Source of the DNA: Tubulanus polymorphus
Lineage: Eukaryota; Animalia; Nemertea
Assembly: GCF_964204645.1 (NCBI RefSeq)
Contig: NC_134028.1
Coordinates: 20,149,245-20,213,244 of the forward strand
Length of the DNA stretch: 64,000 nt
Direction: 5' to 3'
The notes beneath the pieces were generated by a model that had not been told where the DNA came from, ran no database searches, and saw only the letters and a list, made by a program, of their open reading frames with translations. A program made the translations under genes and the position numbers. This document shows, one piece after another, positions 38,801-53,018 of the stretch. How positions within the stretch are numbered: the first letter of the stretch is position 1; the number at the start of each line of letters is the position of its first letter.

Positions 38801-40548
38801 TCTATCTATCTACTGTTTTACCGGTGCGCAGTCTCTCTGGCTATTTGAACAGATTTTCTTATTTCACAAACGTTTTTGTAGTTCGCGTTTTATCTAATAT
38901 CGTAACATTTGCCCCGCCGCGGTTCAACTCGTGTGTGCGCGTGTACAAAAATACACCCGGCGCCAAAGAATCTAATTTCAATTTCAGATTCACACGGAAA
39001 ATGATTTTTAAAATGAAAACTCCATGCACAAAATGATATTCAATACAATTTACGTTCATTTATTCCGATATTCAGGAATAACCATGTTTCCGTAAATGAC
39101 AGAAACATCAGAATCTGGAATATGAATTCATTCGATTCCGCGACGACGCGTTCGGTTTAAACCTTCGTGCACTTCAGCAATGGAATACCCCCGACTTTCA
39201 GAACCACTCACACAACACACAATTGATTAATTTACTTGAGACTGAATTTTATTTGATTTTGAAGCCGGGGGTGACTGTCACTTTCACCGCTGTCCGGAGA
39301 CTTAGCGCAACGCCGCATACAATCGAACACTGATGAAAAATCCCTCAAATCTGATTAATACAAGAAACTTGTTTCTTTATCTCATACGGAAAAAAACGCC
39401 AAACACGATCGAACGAACGAACTTTTCCCCCGAACTGCAGCAAATGTTTTACCATTAATTGTGAATTATTCAGGCTGAGTTTCTCCAGACGGCTTTCTTT
39501 GGCAAACTGAGAAAAACCGTGACTCGTGCCTCTTACAACTAGAAATACGAGCAGCTCAATATTGTCAAATGTTAAAGGTTAAATCAATCATATATTCTAT
39601 AAGCAAGGAATTAGATTTTCAAACAAATATATTTCTCCGTAAATCTGAATGTTTCACAGTTCTCGATTGAGATTTGAATGTAATTTGAATGAACTGATTT
39701 CAACTTAACCGACTACTGTTATATAGAACTTGGCCCAAAACTGAGGATCTGGGATCCCCGAATCTACAGATCAATGATAAATTCGACTCTTGCGTTAACA
39801 CAATTTTTCTAATAGTTGAACTGTGTAACTGGATCCTTTATTTCGATATCTTCCGTAAACTCAGTTCCTAGAAGCTCGATTTTGGACGTTTGTTAACGGT
39901 GTCTGTATGGATAGAAATCTATATTTTCTGCAAGAATTAATACCCGCATTACGGTAGAAACGTGACTATATCTAGTGGAGACGGCTCTGATATATCTCAG
40001 TTCTTCCATCGCCACGCAGCATACTGTCACTCAATTTTATATCTTTGTCTCTGGTTTTAATGCGTAACTAATAATAAAACGTTTCGTGATGATAAACTAT
40101 GAATGAGAGCTCTGCGGGTAAAACAATGCAAGCAGCTGCCTCTGCTGCTGGTAGCCATATCTCTATCCGAAAAACGGAAATATTTGAATAAATCAGAATT
40201 CAGGATCCGATTCCATAGTTCAGGACCTATTCAGCGTTCTGTGCCTAGTTTCCCAATAATTTTCTTTAAATATCGGTTGACCATGTTATCTATTTGATTG
40301 GTAGATTTCGTTTGATTCTTTTTTATTTGGTGTTCCTAACAAACCATCCAGACCTGCCGGGATCGAAACAGGGGGTTTGAGTTGGAAATCGGAAATCGAA
40401 GTACGTATATAGTTGTGTGATCGGCGGTCGAATTAAACAGAATTGAATAGAAGGTCATGATTTGGAAATTCGGTTCTGATTCATTTAAACAATCTTCTAA
40501 CCAGTCCAAAATCATTTTAACCCTGTAGATCTAATGCTCTATGGATCA

Positions 40549-40612
<64 letters not shown>

Positions 40613-43600
40613 CTATATAACTATATATCTATATAACCATTGGTGCATCACAATGACCGTGTTGTGACGATATATAGAGAATACCACACTGATATGACGA
40701 GAGAGATGAAGTCCAAAAAGCTTCCTTAAAACTAATGATTTATTGATCCGACGTATCGTCTATAACCTAATAGTCATTGAACTGTGAGATTCTCTATGTA
40801 GGATCTTTATCAGTCGGTTTTATTTCGGCTTTTATCCCAGTCCATCTAGACATCCATCTGTAATATTATTCGCGTCTGTAAGTGGAGAACCGTAAAGTAC
40901 GTATATCCGGTACAGTTCACACTGATATAGCTGTAATTATTACTGATCTGTTCTCCAGTCTCTTAGAGTTACGGTAATCACTATAATTGGTCACCATTTC
41001 GCGGCTCAAGTCGTGACTTGTGAAATATCACTTACTATTCAACGAAAAATGACGAATCTAGTTCAGACCGATTTTCGCACACCAGAAAATTTGCCGTCAC
41101 GAAATGTAGAGAGAAAAATCGTTTTTAAATTTCACTAGAATTCGAACAAATTATCTCTGTTTTGTCGTGGCCTGTTTCACATACCGTCCCATGTGCGTTC
41201 ATCATTTACGAGGTAAAGTTGCAACGTATAAGGTTCAAAGGTATAACGATGAAAAGGTTCGCTGGAAATTCTACAAAGCATTTTATGTTCGCGGAAATGT
41301 CACGAACAGATTATCAGTATTTCGAGACGACGGATACAGAAATAAGACACAATCATATCAACTGCTCATTTTACAGCAATCTCTGTGTTTATCCGATCCA
41401 CACCTCCAGAATTTCAATTCTGGCCAAAACCTCGGACTCTTTGTTCCCGAGGAGGTGTCGGGTTGACCACCGGATTCTTGGTGATATTTCGCGATAAAAG
41501 GGTATTCAGTAAATGTTTAGGTTTGTAAGGGACACCAAGTCAGAAAAAAAAATCAAACGAAATCTACCGATCAAATGAATTCGCAAATCTCAATGTTCAG
41601 TCAAATGGCGGTGCGTAGTGGCAGACCCCTTTGGCGCGTAATCTCAAACTCTAGCGGTTACAGATCAGTCGTCAGAAAAGATATTCAAAAAATGTCAGCG
41701 TAGGCCCTCAAAGCAAATAACGCTCTTAAACCTCAGTAAAAATGGGAAATCTAACGCTAATATCCACATAGATATTTTAAAATCAATAACAATCGCAATT
41801 TTTTTGACGCGTGGTTAAAATATGCGGTTCTTGGTTTCACATCGTCACTGCTCTTAATTGTTGCGTTTAAAAAATTCAAGAATCACCGGCAAATACATGC
41901 ATTTCATTTCCTTTGAAATGGTCCATGAATCAAGTTAATCAAGCAAGGGACTTTAGAGCTATATGATATTCAATCTAAACTTATATATGAAAAAATGAGC
42001 GCAAATTATCGCAACAATGGGGACCTCGAGGGACCGCCACAAAATGGCACCTAGAAACTAGAAACTTCTTTATTGTGGTAGGTTTTAAGATCAAGAAGCT
42101 GCGGTCACACGTATTTGGCCCAGGTCAAACCTGCCCCGACGAGACCCTAGTCAAATTTGTCCCGTGCTTAATTCGAGAATGCGCTGACACGTAAATTACT
42201 CGTACGTTACTGAAATGCTATCGAAACGGTACTGTGGCAAGCGAGGTGAAACACGGAACGATTTTACCCGAGCTAAAATTTGACCCGGCCCTATTCTTGT
42301 AATCGTAAATGATCTGAAACTGAAACTGAAAACTGTTAATTTTTTGTCCACAAAAAAAATTATAAAATTTCCGGACCAATGAATTCAGATCTGAATCTGT
42401 AGATTTAAAACGACTGTTATTGAACAAATTAACTATTGTAAACGTGACCCCTCTGAGTGGTTTTGCGGACTCCTGCTGTATGCTAGCGTAATGAACATAC
42501 AAATTAACCCATCACAAAAAAAACGGTTGCACGCTTGGTAAACTATGCATGATAAATTCTACGCATAAAGAAAACCCGCAACGTTTTCAAATCACAACCA
42601 AACTAACGCTGAACTAATGCGAATAGTTTTTATTCTTTCAGTCAGTTTTTTTCTGACAGATTTTGCCTGAAACCGAAGAGTGAACCTTATACGTATCGTT
42701 TTACTACTGAAATTCGTCCACAGTCATTTTCATTCGTAAACGTTTCAAGATTTCATCGAGCAATGAATGACAATGGATAAGTCAATGGATCCTTAGTTCA
42801 TCGTTGAATGGATACACTTCAGATTTAATGCTACCCGACTTGTGGCGTGAGGTACCGAATGCTTCGGAGCTGCTCGACAATTCGGAGCTGCCCTAGCCGT
42901 GCATTCAGAGCACTACAGCGAACTCAGCTGTCCTTATATGGATCGGTATTCGGCCCAGTGATTTAAGTGGTATAGCCTCTCGTCGAGACTGGTTCGAATC
43001 ACTCGCGTCAGTGTTAAATAATTTTTATTCCTTTTTTACCAAATTGATACGATTCTAGCATACATCTCATTATAGATTGAGCGTGACATGTTTCATGACG
43101 CAAAATTTCAAAAATACCCTTTTGAAATCAAAGTAGTAAATTTTTATGAAAAACAAATCAATCTTTCTTTTGAGGAGATTGGTGAACATAGATAAAAGGG
43201 GCTCCGTATCCAATCAAAAAGGCACATGAAGTAAAAAGAACAAAGAAAAGGGCACTTTTCTGGGGTGTTTACTGTGACAAAGTATTTAAAAAGGGCAAAA
43301 AAAACTTTCGGAGAATCTAATCTTAAAATTCCTTAAAAGTTACAAGCTACTTGGCACCTTTAAAATTGCATCTCAGGGCCCCCAAACCCCCGATATTGGC
43401 TTCGCGTCTACGCCGCTTCCATGGCATGGATCGTCATGTTGTGGCACATCCTTACCCCATCATAAATAGTGCCTTTTAAATTTGGAAGGTAGTTTAATAT
43501 AGCCCCCGGATCCGCCTCTGGTGCACTGCTTCCCATGAAGTTGCATAATACGCTATGCGTTGCGGGTAATATGGCGGCTGATTCGGGCCACATTGAAAAA

Positions 43601-46600
43601 AATATGACGGACAACAAAAACGACCACGTTAAAACGAAAAAGAAATGTGTTTTCTTTTATCAGAAATACGAATTCGTTTGATTGGTAGATCTCGATTGAT
43701 TTTTTTTGGTGTCCCTAAAACCCGACACACCCCCCGGGAACGAACGAACAAGAAATGTGATTTTAACTTAACGTTAAAACGAAAAGCAAACAAGTGTAAA
43801 GAAGAAATTGGTGGCTATTGAGTTTCATATTTTTTTCGATGTTGCCCCGATCAACCACCATAGAATAATTACTAGAATTTGAAATCCATAATAAAATACA
43901 AAAACTGTAGAAATTCTATTTAAAAACCCAGAATTTTCTTTTTCAAAAGAAAAGCCATTACCAAGAAATGACTATTACAAAATATGACATTGGTTCCTCG
44001 CGGAGAGCATGCCTTGGAATTCGCGTAGACGTTTCCCAATTTCACAATTTAAACCGCTTGTTGAATTCCTGCTGGTATTTTGTTGTGAGACGCGATATCT
44101 GATCGCTCAAGACAAAGATCAAAAGATTTCCTGCGATTTACTTAAATCTGTTTCCCGCGCGACGTTCGTCGCAAAATGCATCGCCCACTTTAAATAGAGG
44201 TACTCGCCGAGCTTCGCTTTGGGGAAATATCAAATTGTGAAATGGGTAAAAATTCATTTCAAGCGAAATTTTTAATCGTGTCGCTTACAACGAACGATAC
44301 CGTCTGGTTCCGATTGTCTCGGAGATTTCCGACGGCTCCGTGGAAATATACAACTGGGCCTGTGTGTATCCCCAAATGTGCGTGTATTAATTTGTAAATG
44401 ATGTCCAATTTACAGCATTCATCCGAAGTTAATATTATCATTTCAAATCGATAATTACCAACGGTCAATATTTGAAATTTGAATAATTGCACCAGACCGA
44501 TTCTAATTCATATAACTGCGTTATTAGACCAATAACATTCATTATTGTTAATGTTTACACGTGAATTACCATTAAATCTTATGCTCATTTAAACTTACGC
44601 AGGTATCAAACCTGCAGCGGAGACTCAGCACCCTCAGACTCGACCCGGTAACAGTCATTCGATACTCTTCGCAATATCTAAATGTACCGAGTATAGGATA
44701 CTCAATTTTGAGTATCCTTTGTGGATGAATGAGTATAAAATGTTGGTTTTTGTTGCTACAAATACGGCTGAAGTGTATAATGTAAGTGGCCACACCATTT
44801 TATTCGCGGTCGTATCAGGGCGAACTTCGGTTATCGGAGTTTATCGATTATAGTCGAACTAAACGAAACCGAATGTCAGTTCGTCGGAACTACGGTCCGG
44901 AATTGGTCGATAGAGCTATAGAGCACGGTCGCTGTAGTTCGGGTACAATTACAAAATGGCCGACACTGAGAAATACGTTACGACCGAACTATCCACTGGT
45001 TATCTCTAACGAACTTTTGAGCAACCGGCCCCAGATTGTCAGAAGGGAGTGTTTGTAGGCTGCCGATGGTCAGATGATGGTCGCAGGCTACATATTGTAT
45101 GAAGAGGGTGGCTCCTAGCGGAGAGGGAGGCTCCGGTGATACATGTATATAATATACAATAAAATTGTTGTTGTATTATATTTTCCAGATAGCGGACTAT
45201 CATCGACAAGGAGTTTATGGAACAGATTACACTATTTCCCGGTTAGTCGACGTGGTGGATTAAAATTAACTAAAGATAACCAACCGGTCGGCAAAAACAA
45301 AATGCCCGAACTTTATGCGAGTAGTAGATTTTTTCATGTTTACGGAAAAAGGAGCAGCATCAGCGACAGCAGCAGCAGCAGCGACGACAGATTTCACCTT
45401 CAAAATCAACAACCCGATGGACATCAATGGTATCCATCACGTTCTAAAGATCTCTCACTCGGTAGGTTTTCATTTTTTTCACTGAACCTAAAAGTCTGAA
45501 TATTGATTTTTCAACCGTCAGTTGATATTTGAATAGTGACGTGAACCGGAAACGAGGTAACGATTTTCTCCTGTTATATGTCGACCGGAAGAAGTAGTAA
45601 TAAGAAATTTTAATGACGACTGTCTGATATAAAATGCGATATTGCCGATATAGATTTTGAATCCCGCGAATGCGGGCAGAGGGGACGAGGGCATAGAGAT
45701 AGGGAGAGAGGGTGAATACTGTGTCGGTTCCGTTGTTCGAATCACCGGTTACCTATAGAGACCGGTCGATGGCACCGGATTGAACGGAAAGACAGAATAT
45801 GTCGAAAGTGTAATTTAGCCGCTGTAGGAGATGAATTCTTTAAGTAATTTTTTAAGTTCAAAGAAGTAAATATCTCCAAAGTTACTATTGGCGACACCCA
45901 ACTGACGTTACCCTACAGCTGCTACTAAATTCAAACATAAAAACTTTAATCAAGTTAGCCATATTTTTGAACGAATGCTTACCAGCCTTCGCTTGAAATT
46001 ACTGTTTTCATATTATTCATTTGATTATTAGTATTTGTATAATATGTATTGAATTTATACATATTGTGCTCTGTGCAATTGTATTCATTGTTGGGCAAAT
46101 AAACTAAACAGTTGCGAACGGGGGCGGTGCTTAATTAACAAGGCGTCTTAAGTCTGAATACTCAATCATAATCTGACCGCGATAATTCATTTTTAGAACT
46201 TTCTCAGGAAAGACCGAAAGAGTCGCTAATAACATCCACGCTTTACAACGTCATGAAACACTGAAAATTCATATCCGTATCTTACATTCATTATAATCTG
46301 TAGGTTTATACCCGTATATACTCACAGATTCCCCTTTCGGTTTATCGACCCGCTTGGGATTGGAATCTAAAGTTTTTAAAAAATTAATTAGTTTGTTTTC
46401 AATGTTTCAACAAGGACCCGTTACAGAGTTGTGAGTTCAGATATGACTCAAGGTAAACTTATCGAAAATGAACTGATTTTAGCTCAGAGTTAGTTAACTA
46501 TAACTCATAGTTGTGCAACTCGATCTTGGAGTCAAACATTAAGAGTACAGGACCCGGTTCCACACAGTTGGGAGTTAGAGTTGACTCTGCGTTAAAGTTA

Positions 46601-47986
46601 GTTCATTTTTAATGAGTTAACTCGGAGTTAAATCCTAACTCGGAACTGTGGAACTGGGCCCTGTACAATAATTCTTTCCGTCGACTTTTGAAATTACCTT
46701 ACTCACGCAGTATAAAAATGTTTGTTTACTCTCAAATGTTTGTTTACACTCAAGTTCGATCCTTTCAAGAAATAATAAGAAAAAAAATATATATAAAAAT
46801 TCAGTCAAACTAAGAATGTCACAATCTAATAATAGTATAGTTAAGGCAATGTCTGAAAATCAAATAATAAATAGTCCGCTTCTGAATAATTGGAAAATAA
46901 TTGTTGGCCCCTAAGGGTAACATATCGTAGAAAATAGTGTAAGAAATTATATGTATGCTTATAAGGACCTAGAATTCGCATTGAATAATTTTACAAAAAA
47001 ATATAAATCAATCGAGAAAGCGGCAATTGGGCCAGATATAACTTGTACCCTATTCCTGGTTTCCCGCTTTACTAGAACATCAGTAATATCAACTGTATTT
47101 TTGGTATTTTTGTAATCTGGAGGACGATGCCCTCGGTTCAGGCGTTAATTTCGCAGTTAGATTCGATGGTTAAACCGTTCAACAGTAAAATGATAATCCA
47201 TAACTCTGGAAAACTCAAAGATCAAAAACTCCTCTTTTTATGTAGCTTGTTTCGGGGTTGCAGGAATTTGATCCGTACTGCTGTCCAGTTACAGTCTCAC
47301 AGTCATACGAGATGTTGACAAGTCCCCCTGTTTCTTAGCGCAGAGATCTATGCGAAACAATTTTACACCGTTTTCTACAGTCTGACACTAGCTATTCAAA
47401 CTTTGAAAACATTTTTGAATCGTTTTAAAAGGAAGTCGACGAAAGAGGATAGTTCGGCTTTGTTTAAAACTGTCAGTATCTATTGCACGCGTGTGTGTTT
47501 ATATTGAGTTACAAAATGTCAGAGAGTAGTTGCAAAGATCATTTCTTCGCCGTTTCCTTTTTTAAAATATCATATCTATACAATAATACTGTAAGAACCA
47601 ACAAAAACAAATGACTTGTGCTAAGAAAAGATATTTTCAAGGTGATAGTGCAGAAATTAAAGAAAAACAAAATTACTTTTCGAGGGGATTTCAGCACTTT
47701 TGGAAAGTAACACACTTTCTACCGATTAAGCATAGACGATTTTTCCTTTTATAAGGCATACATACTAGTATTACCTGATATTGTGTTAGCTGTGAGCTCG
47801 AATCCCAATATTTCTGGGTTAATAATTTCTTAGTTAGATCTTTTCCAAAATGATTTTGTATATTTCGCGAAAACTAATTATCTTGCTACAAAATTCTTTT
47901 CATTTCCCTATTCATTATTTTCAGATTTTTGGCGGATCTTATTTCAAGCTATGCTGGAATACAACGAGAAATATCACCAGGTGTAG
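35887..47986 (+). CDS. Neuropeptide precursor (NKY-like), 142 aa; exons 35887-35980, 45189-45461, 47925-47986
   Basis: Exon 1 MGEVILILTVLMCVTFTHG-YTDDDSTLIEQT (signal peptide, good ATG context, donor AG|GTGAGA). Exon 2 after ttttccag: DSGLSSTRSLWNRLHYFPVSRRGGLKLTKDNQPVGKNKMPELYASSRFFHVYGKRSSISDSSSSSDDRFHLQNQQPDGHQWYPSRSKDLSL. Exon 3 after ttttcag: DFWRILFQAMLEYNEKYHQV*. Both introns are phase 1 and the frame stays open; AATAAA at about 48077. Confidence 0.75.
36040..36831 (-). mobile_element. 5'-truncated LINE (CR1/L2-group): ORF2 C-terminal fragment plus 3'UTR, antisense in intron 1 of the neuropeptide gene
   Basis: YFQYCNLVWGRNFENKLQPLIVLQKR / QKRVIRLISNSYYLAHTDPIFKQFNILKLKDI...HSHNTR...GPLLWN are typical post-RT motifs. 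A 29 bp tandem duplication at 36723-36780 breaks the frame. 3'UTR stem GAGGGGCCTGT/ACAGGTCCCTC at 36120-36167. Confidence 0.9.
37510..37790 (-). mobile_element. tRNA-derived SINE
   Basis: Minus strand: A box TGGCCGAGTGG, B box GGGTCGAATCC, then CORE-like GTGTCCCCGGGCAAGACACTT and CCCAGGAGTAAAT, with an AT-rich tail. Confidence 0.75.
37871..38254. mobile_element. Second, shorter and older copy of the MULE-like element, in opposite orientation
   Basis: Ends GTTTACAGGTAACAATCCCCCGGTAAAAATCCCCC ... GGATTTTTACGTACATTC; degenerate 9 bp TSD GAGATACGT/GAGATATCT. Confidence 0.7.
40550..40611. repeat. (AT)n microsatellite
   Basis: Pure AT dinucleotide run of about 60 bp. Confidence 0.95.
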
Positions 47987-50611
47987 TCTGCGTCCAAAAG
48001 CGTCCAATCACCGCACCGGTTACTGTCACGTGGTGAACGGTTAACCTCGTTAGAAATCGATATACTTTCTTTTAATAATAAACGCAATTAAAACAAAAAG
48101 AGCGTGGTTTTACTTCTTGTCTTTTTTTATTGAATTTTGAATCTAGGTTGTGAAGATACGCCACTGCGCATGCGTAATTGGAATAGCGCTGTAAAGAATT
48201 ATAAATTATCGGCTGTTATAAATGGCAAGTCACATCCGGTATCATTTAAGCAATTATTGTCGTTTGTTGTCATGGTTTCAAGGACGCGAGGAGTGTCGTA
48301 GTAAAATGCCAATTCTAAAAGCTCAATTCTGAAATATTTATATCGGTAATTTCGGATCGAAATAGTTCTCATATTTCTATCTCGGCTCCTATAGTTCTTT
48401 TTGTTATTGGAACAGACTAGGATTCGCCATGTGAATCAACGATATCTTATACGGTGCGCACCCTCCCTGAGAACCGCTATTCAGTCAGGTCGGATGAATG
48501 AGGTTTACTTCATGCGATGTAATACATCCATAAAGCCTACAATATTTAGAAATATGCAGTTTTAGATTAATCGTGAAATCACGTCGGAAAGGACCTCGTA
48601 CGTAGGAGTCAGAAAAAAATTAATCGGTAATTTCCGTATTTCCTGTACGGAGTCGTCCATACGCGGCTGAGACGAACGATTCATCATTTGGAATAATCTA
48701 TTAAAACGGCACAGTTTTTTAACGACTTTCCGTGTATTTGAACGAGTAGATGACGTCGCCATGTTTGGTTTCTACGTCAGTGAGTTAATTGGCTACCATA
48801 CAGTTCCACGGTCGCTGCGGAACCGGTTCCACAGTGTTGGACCCGGTTGTAAAGTTATGGACCCCAGTTTTACAATTTTGGAAGATCCGGTCTACAATTT
48901 TGGACCCAGCGTCATAGTTCTGGGTCTAGTTCCACAGGATCGTGAACTTAATTTTACTACAAGACTCCAAAGCCCCAATGAGAGATTCCGTAAGATCCTT
49001 AAGAGTCAAATCTAAACCAGGAACTGAGAAACTGGGTTCGGATGTCTGGACGTAATTTGTTACACTTTAACGCATTCCACCAGGACACGTTGAACCGCAG
49101 TGTTATTGGTTTAGCCATGCTCGTAGAGAAAACGGCTGAAAAAAACGAAGAACTGACATCATAGAAGCCATGACATAACGAACAGCGTAATTTCAAAGAT
49201 TAGACTATACGCCGACGATGGAACTCTCACACTTGAAAACGAGACATCTGTACGTCCAACTGTTGCCTTTTGGTATTCTTAAACGTTTTGAATCAGCATC
49301 AGGTGCAAAGATGAATGACTATAAGGCAAGGGCGGATTTAGGGGGTGGTCTTGGGGTCCGGACCCTCCCTTTTCACCGAGGTTCCCCTTTTTGTCAAAAC
49401 CAGATTGTTAAAACCTGCAAATTTGGCCCCTGAGAAATGCATCTTTTCGCATTGATTTCTTCAAAGCTATCTAAATCAGAGGGCGGGATCCCGACGCCTT
49501 TGACAGAGCTGCTATATCTGAGATATATCTTTTATTTTCTGCTGGACCTCGGCCTTTCAATTTTCCTAGATGCGCCCCTGTTTAGACCGATCTATGCATC
49601 GGTAGCTACACGTAGACCAACCTTTCAATTTCAAATGAACAAACGACCAATAAAAGATATACGGCATGCATTTTGATGACAAAAACAGTTTGGAAGACTG
49701 GAGACTAAAAAACTGATCGGATGAAATATAAGCCACAGGAAAAGGTGAGAGCTTTCTTTCACATGAAAACGCGTTGTCGTCAATGCTCTAATACTGCACC
49801 ATGGGGTACCGGCACCGCTACTGTGGCAATCGAGGATCTACCAGATTCGCTAGCAGCTAATTGGTCTTATACGTTCGAATTCTACATTTCAATTAAAACT
49901 GGGTGTTTTTTTCTGAAATGAATAAATTATTAATGAAAATGATACCGATATCTGAGAATAAAAATGAATATATTGTATATTAGATACTGTGTTAATATAT
50001 GGATTCGGGAGCCTAGAATTTTTCTTATTAACATTTGAATTGTATTTACATTAAGTTGTGTATACAAAATTCTAATAAAACTCGTCCCAAGGTGACATTA
50101 CAGTGAGTGCCAAGTTCATTGAAAATGAACAAATTTTGACCAAGGAAGTGGTCTACAATCTATACTACCCTTGACACATTGTTCTGAGAATTATCGGACT
50201 TGGTAGGAATTGTGGAATTTGGTGCAGGATTGTGAATCTCATCATAGAATTATAACGGGTGCCTCTATTCATTGTAGACCAAAGAAAGACGTAAAAAAGA
50301 AATCTACGGCTGAGATCCGTATCGAGTAGAATTTTATTGCTTATTGGAACAAACGAAACAATCGTATAGATAACCAGTAGATGAACAGAAAGTCACACGT
50401 AAACTTGCAATAAATTATTCATACGACACAAGTTTGACACTCTGGCAACAGTCTGAACCACAGTTAAAAATCAAGCAGACAGATATTGTTTAATTATGCT
50501 CATTTGATTAACATTAGATCTACATTTTTGCACAGCTCGCGTTGAATTTCAATTTAGAGTGAATAACTTATCGATTTAACAAAGCATACGTCTCAGGTTT
50601 CAAGAATGGTT

Positions 50612-50956
50612 CATCCTCCCACGGCAGGGATTCGAACCCGATGGCATCGCTACACTCAGCCACGGCACGAACCCCTACCACAGAAGACCGGGTGGCGCGG
50701 GAACACGCGCAGCTTTGCCGTGCGAAAACTTGCGGCATCAATCAGATTGCTCGTTGTATAATCGCTGAGGCAAATTACACGGAAGAACTATGAATGGGAA
50801 AACCCGGGCTAAAATAAAACGGGATTTCTGATTGGCTAATAATGACATAATCTAAACTACGCGAGTATCTGCGCACTCAATCTAGTGTGGCAGGGTTTCG
50901 TACCGTGGCAATCCCGATGCTATTAGGTTCGAATCCCTGCCGGGGGAGGAGGGATG
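50612..50956. mobile_element. Palindromic B-box-containing MITE, copy C (internal orientation opposite to A and B)
   Basis: CATCCTCCCACGGCAGGGATTCGAACC ... GGTTCGAATCCCTGCCGGGGGAGGA; the central segment is the reverse complement of that in copies A and B. Confidence 0.8.
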
Positions 50957-51866
50957 TTTTGACTGTGTCTCTGGTTATCAGGTGCAGTTCGGCTTACCGT
51001 ATTTACAATGAGATGATGACATGTTCAGAAAAACCACCGACGAATTGTGCATTTATGTTCAATCTGACATTAATACAAGTGTCACGGTATCTTCTAATAA
51101 GTGGTTGTTAGACGCAGTCCTACGATCCCCCTTGGTATTCTGGCAAACTATTTCATAAAGATGGGACTGCAAAAATAAAGCGGCATCTTTTACGATAAAA
51201 ACCGCCATAGAATCAACTTGGTTGAGATGTAGCACCTAATTATGAGCCTCAGCAATTCTAGGAGGTAAGCAGGAGCGAGACCTTGAATAATTATAAAATC
51301 GAAAAAACACCTTAACCCTAATGCGTACACAGGCCGGTTATCAAATATAGATGATAATGGATGGGACAATAATTGGACGTAATTAGACAAGCTGATAAAT
51401 AGATATTCATATACATATACGTATTTCAAACCAGAATTTCAATAATTGTTTTGGAGAGGTCGCACAAACGTGGGACCCGTATCTTCTTTACAAAGATGAT
51501 ACATTTACAATTTATGAAAACGCCTTGAATATCATTAACTCATTCGATCGAGATGAAACATTCTGTTAATCTTTGAAAAGAGGCTTTAAATTCGAGCTTT
51601 AATGAATTACATTTAAATAATCGTAATGATTACTCAGTCACATAAGGCGTAACGAGTCTGCATAGAGAATGGTGCTATATAAGAAGAGTGCATTATCATT
51701 ATTATGTATAGACTATTTTCAGTAGCACGCGTGAGACGTGTCTCAAAAAGATCGCAGAATCAAACAAGCATATTTTTAGAGCTAGTTCTGTGTTATATAC
51801 TTAGGATCCACATAACGATACAGCGCGAATTTTAAAAACTGTTTTGAATCGAATTTTATTGGAACC

Positions 51867-53018
51867 TTAGAGTTCATCGTTATCCGCTGTCCCAGCTGGT
51901 TCTACGGGTTTATCTGGTGCTGTTCTGCGCGGCCTTTGCTCTTCTGTATTAAACGCCACTGTTTCAGACATTTCATCGTAAGCGACGATCGTTTCACCGG
52001 TGAGTTTCGGGCAGACTATCGCGCGCGCATCAGACCGGAACCAGTCCACTGTTAGGATATAGACCACGTAGTTAAAACAGTTATTCAAAAAAACAAATCG
52101 ATACAAAAAGTCGCCAGTAGCAACCGCATAATCGCCGAATAATCTTCTAAGTCCATATTTCTTATTCACATTAATTTCATAATCGATGGTGCATTGCCAA
52201 ATGCTTAGAATCACGGCTGGAGTGGTGAACACTAGAAACATCGTAGAAACGACGATCAATTGTATGAATATTTTGCGATTTTTCAAAATTCGGTCACATC
52301 CATTTTGTCCCTCATCGCTTTCCAACATGGTGACGTTCAGGTTCCGGTTCCGGTACATAGCGACTAGGATGGCTCCGTTACCGAGCCACACGAGACTTAC
52401 CGGTACCGTATAGACGACACAGTAAAGGAAAAACGGCCCAAAATAACTGAATAAACCTTCATTTGAGGGAAAGTATAAACATTCGATGAATATACCGTCG
52501 TCATCGATATTGAACGATGTCAGAACGGGAACCATTAAAATTCCACCCAGAACCGAGAAGATTGACAGCGTCACCAGACGACATTTTCTTGTTAAAGAAC
52601 AATAATCAAGTTTCAAACGTAAGAATCTTTCAGCGGTAAAAATAACGACGATCCACGAAGCGATGAAAGCAGACGTATAACTGATATAAGTGATTATTTT
52701 ACACGAAGCCGGAGTCGATAATATGTTTGTTTTAATGTCTCTAGCTCCACCAATAGCGTGCGGCATATCCAAGTGAAGCCACTTCAGAAAAGCCCCAAAT
52801 ATCAGGAACATTAGGTCGGCGACTGATAACGGGAATATATAATCAAAGACATCCGTTAATCTCAATCTGCGGCTTTTAATGAAAACAAATATAGCGAATA
52901 GGTTGCCTGCAATTCCCTGTATGTAGAAAATAGGGAAAATGTAAGCGACAAAAACCATCAAACCTTTGATGATCGCATCTGGAACTCGGTTATCCGTACT
53001 ATTGGTTATGTTGTCCAT
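51867..53018 (-). CDS. Intronless class A (rhodopsin-like) GPCR, peptide-receptor-like orphan, 383 aa
   Basis: Seven hydrophobic segments; N-glycosylation sequons NIT/NST; TM1 GN, TM2 LSVADL, TM3 C..ERF, ECL2 Cys, TM5 P, TM6 FTTP, TM7 NNCFNYVVY; AATAAA just after the stop. Confidence 0.95.
   Translation of the reverse strand: MDNITNSTDNRVPDAIIKGLMVFVAYIFPIFYIQGIAGNLFAIFVFIKSRRLRLTDVFDYIFPLSVADLMFLIFGAFLKWLHLDMPHAIGGARDIKTNILSTPASCKIITYISYTSAFIASWIVVIFTAERFLRLKLDYCSLTRKCRLVTLSIFSVLGGILMVPVLTSFNIDDDGIFIECLYFPSNEGLFSYFGPFFLYCVVYTVPVSLVWLGNGAILVAMYRNRNLNVTMLESDEGQNGCDRILKNRKIFIQLIVVSTMFLVFTTPAVILSIWQCTIDYEINVNKKYGLRRLFGDYAVATGDFLYRFVFLNNCFNYVVYILTVDWFRSDARAIVCPKLTGETIVAYDEMSETVAFNTEEQRPRRTAPDKPVEPAGTADNDEL

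Noticed and set aside
41162-41497. Two overlapping ORFs of about 100 aa in intron 1 of the neuropeptide gene
   Set aside because: Non-ATG starts, no convincing splice sites or recognisable homology, and the 3' part runs into a dispersed repeat.
42953-43010. tRNA-like segment with GGTTCGAATC
   Set aside because: Too short and unable to form a cloverleaf; probably a decayed SINE head.
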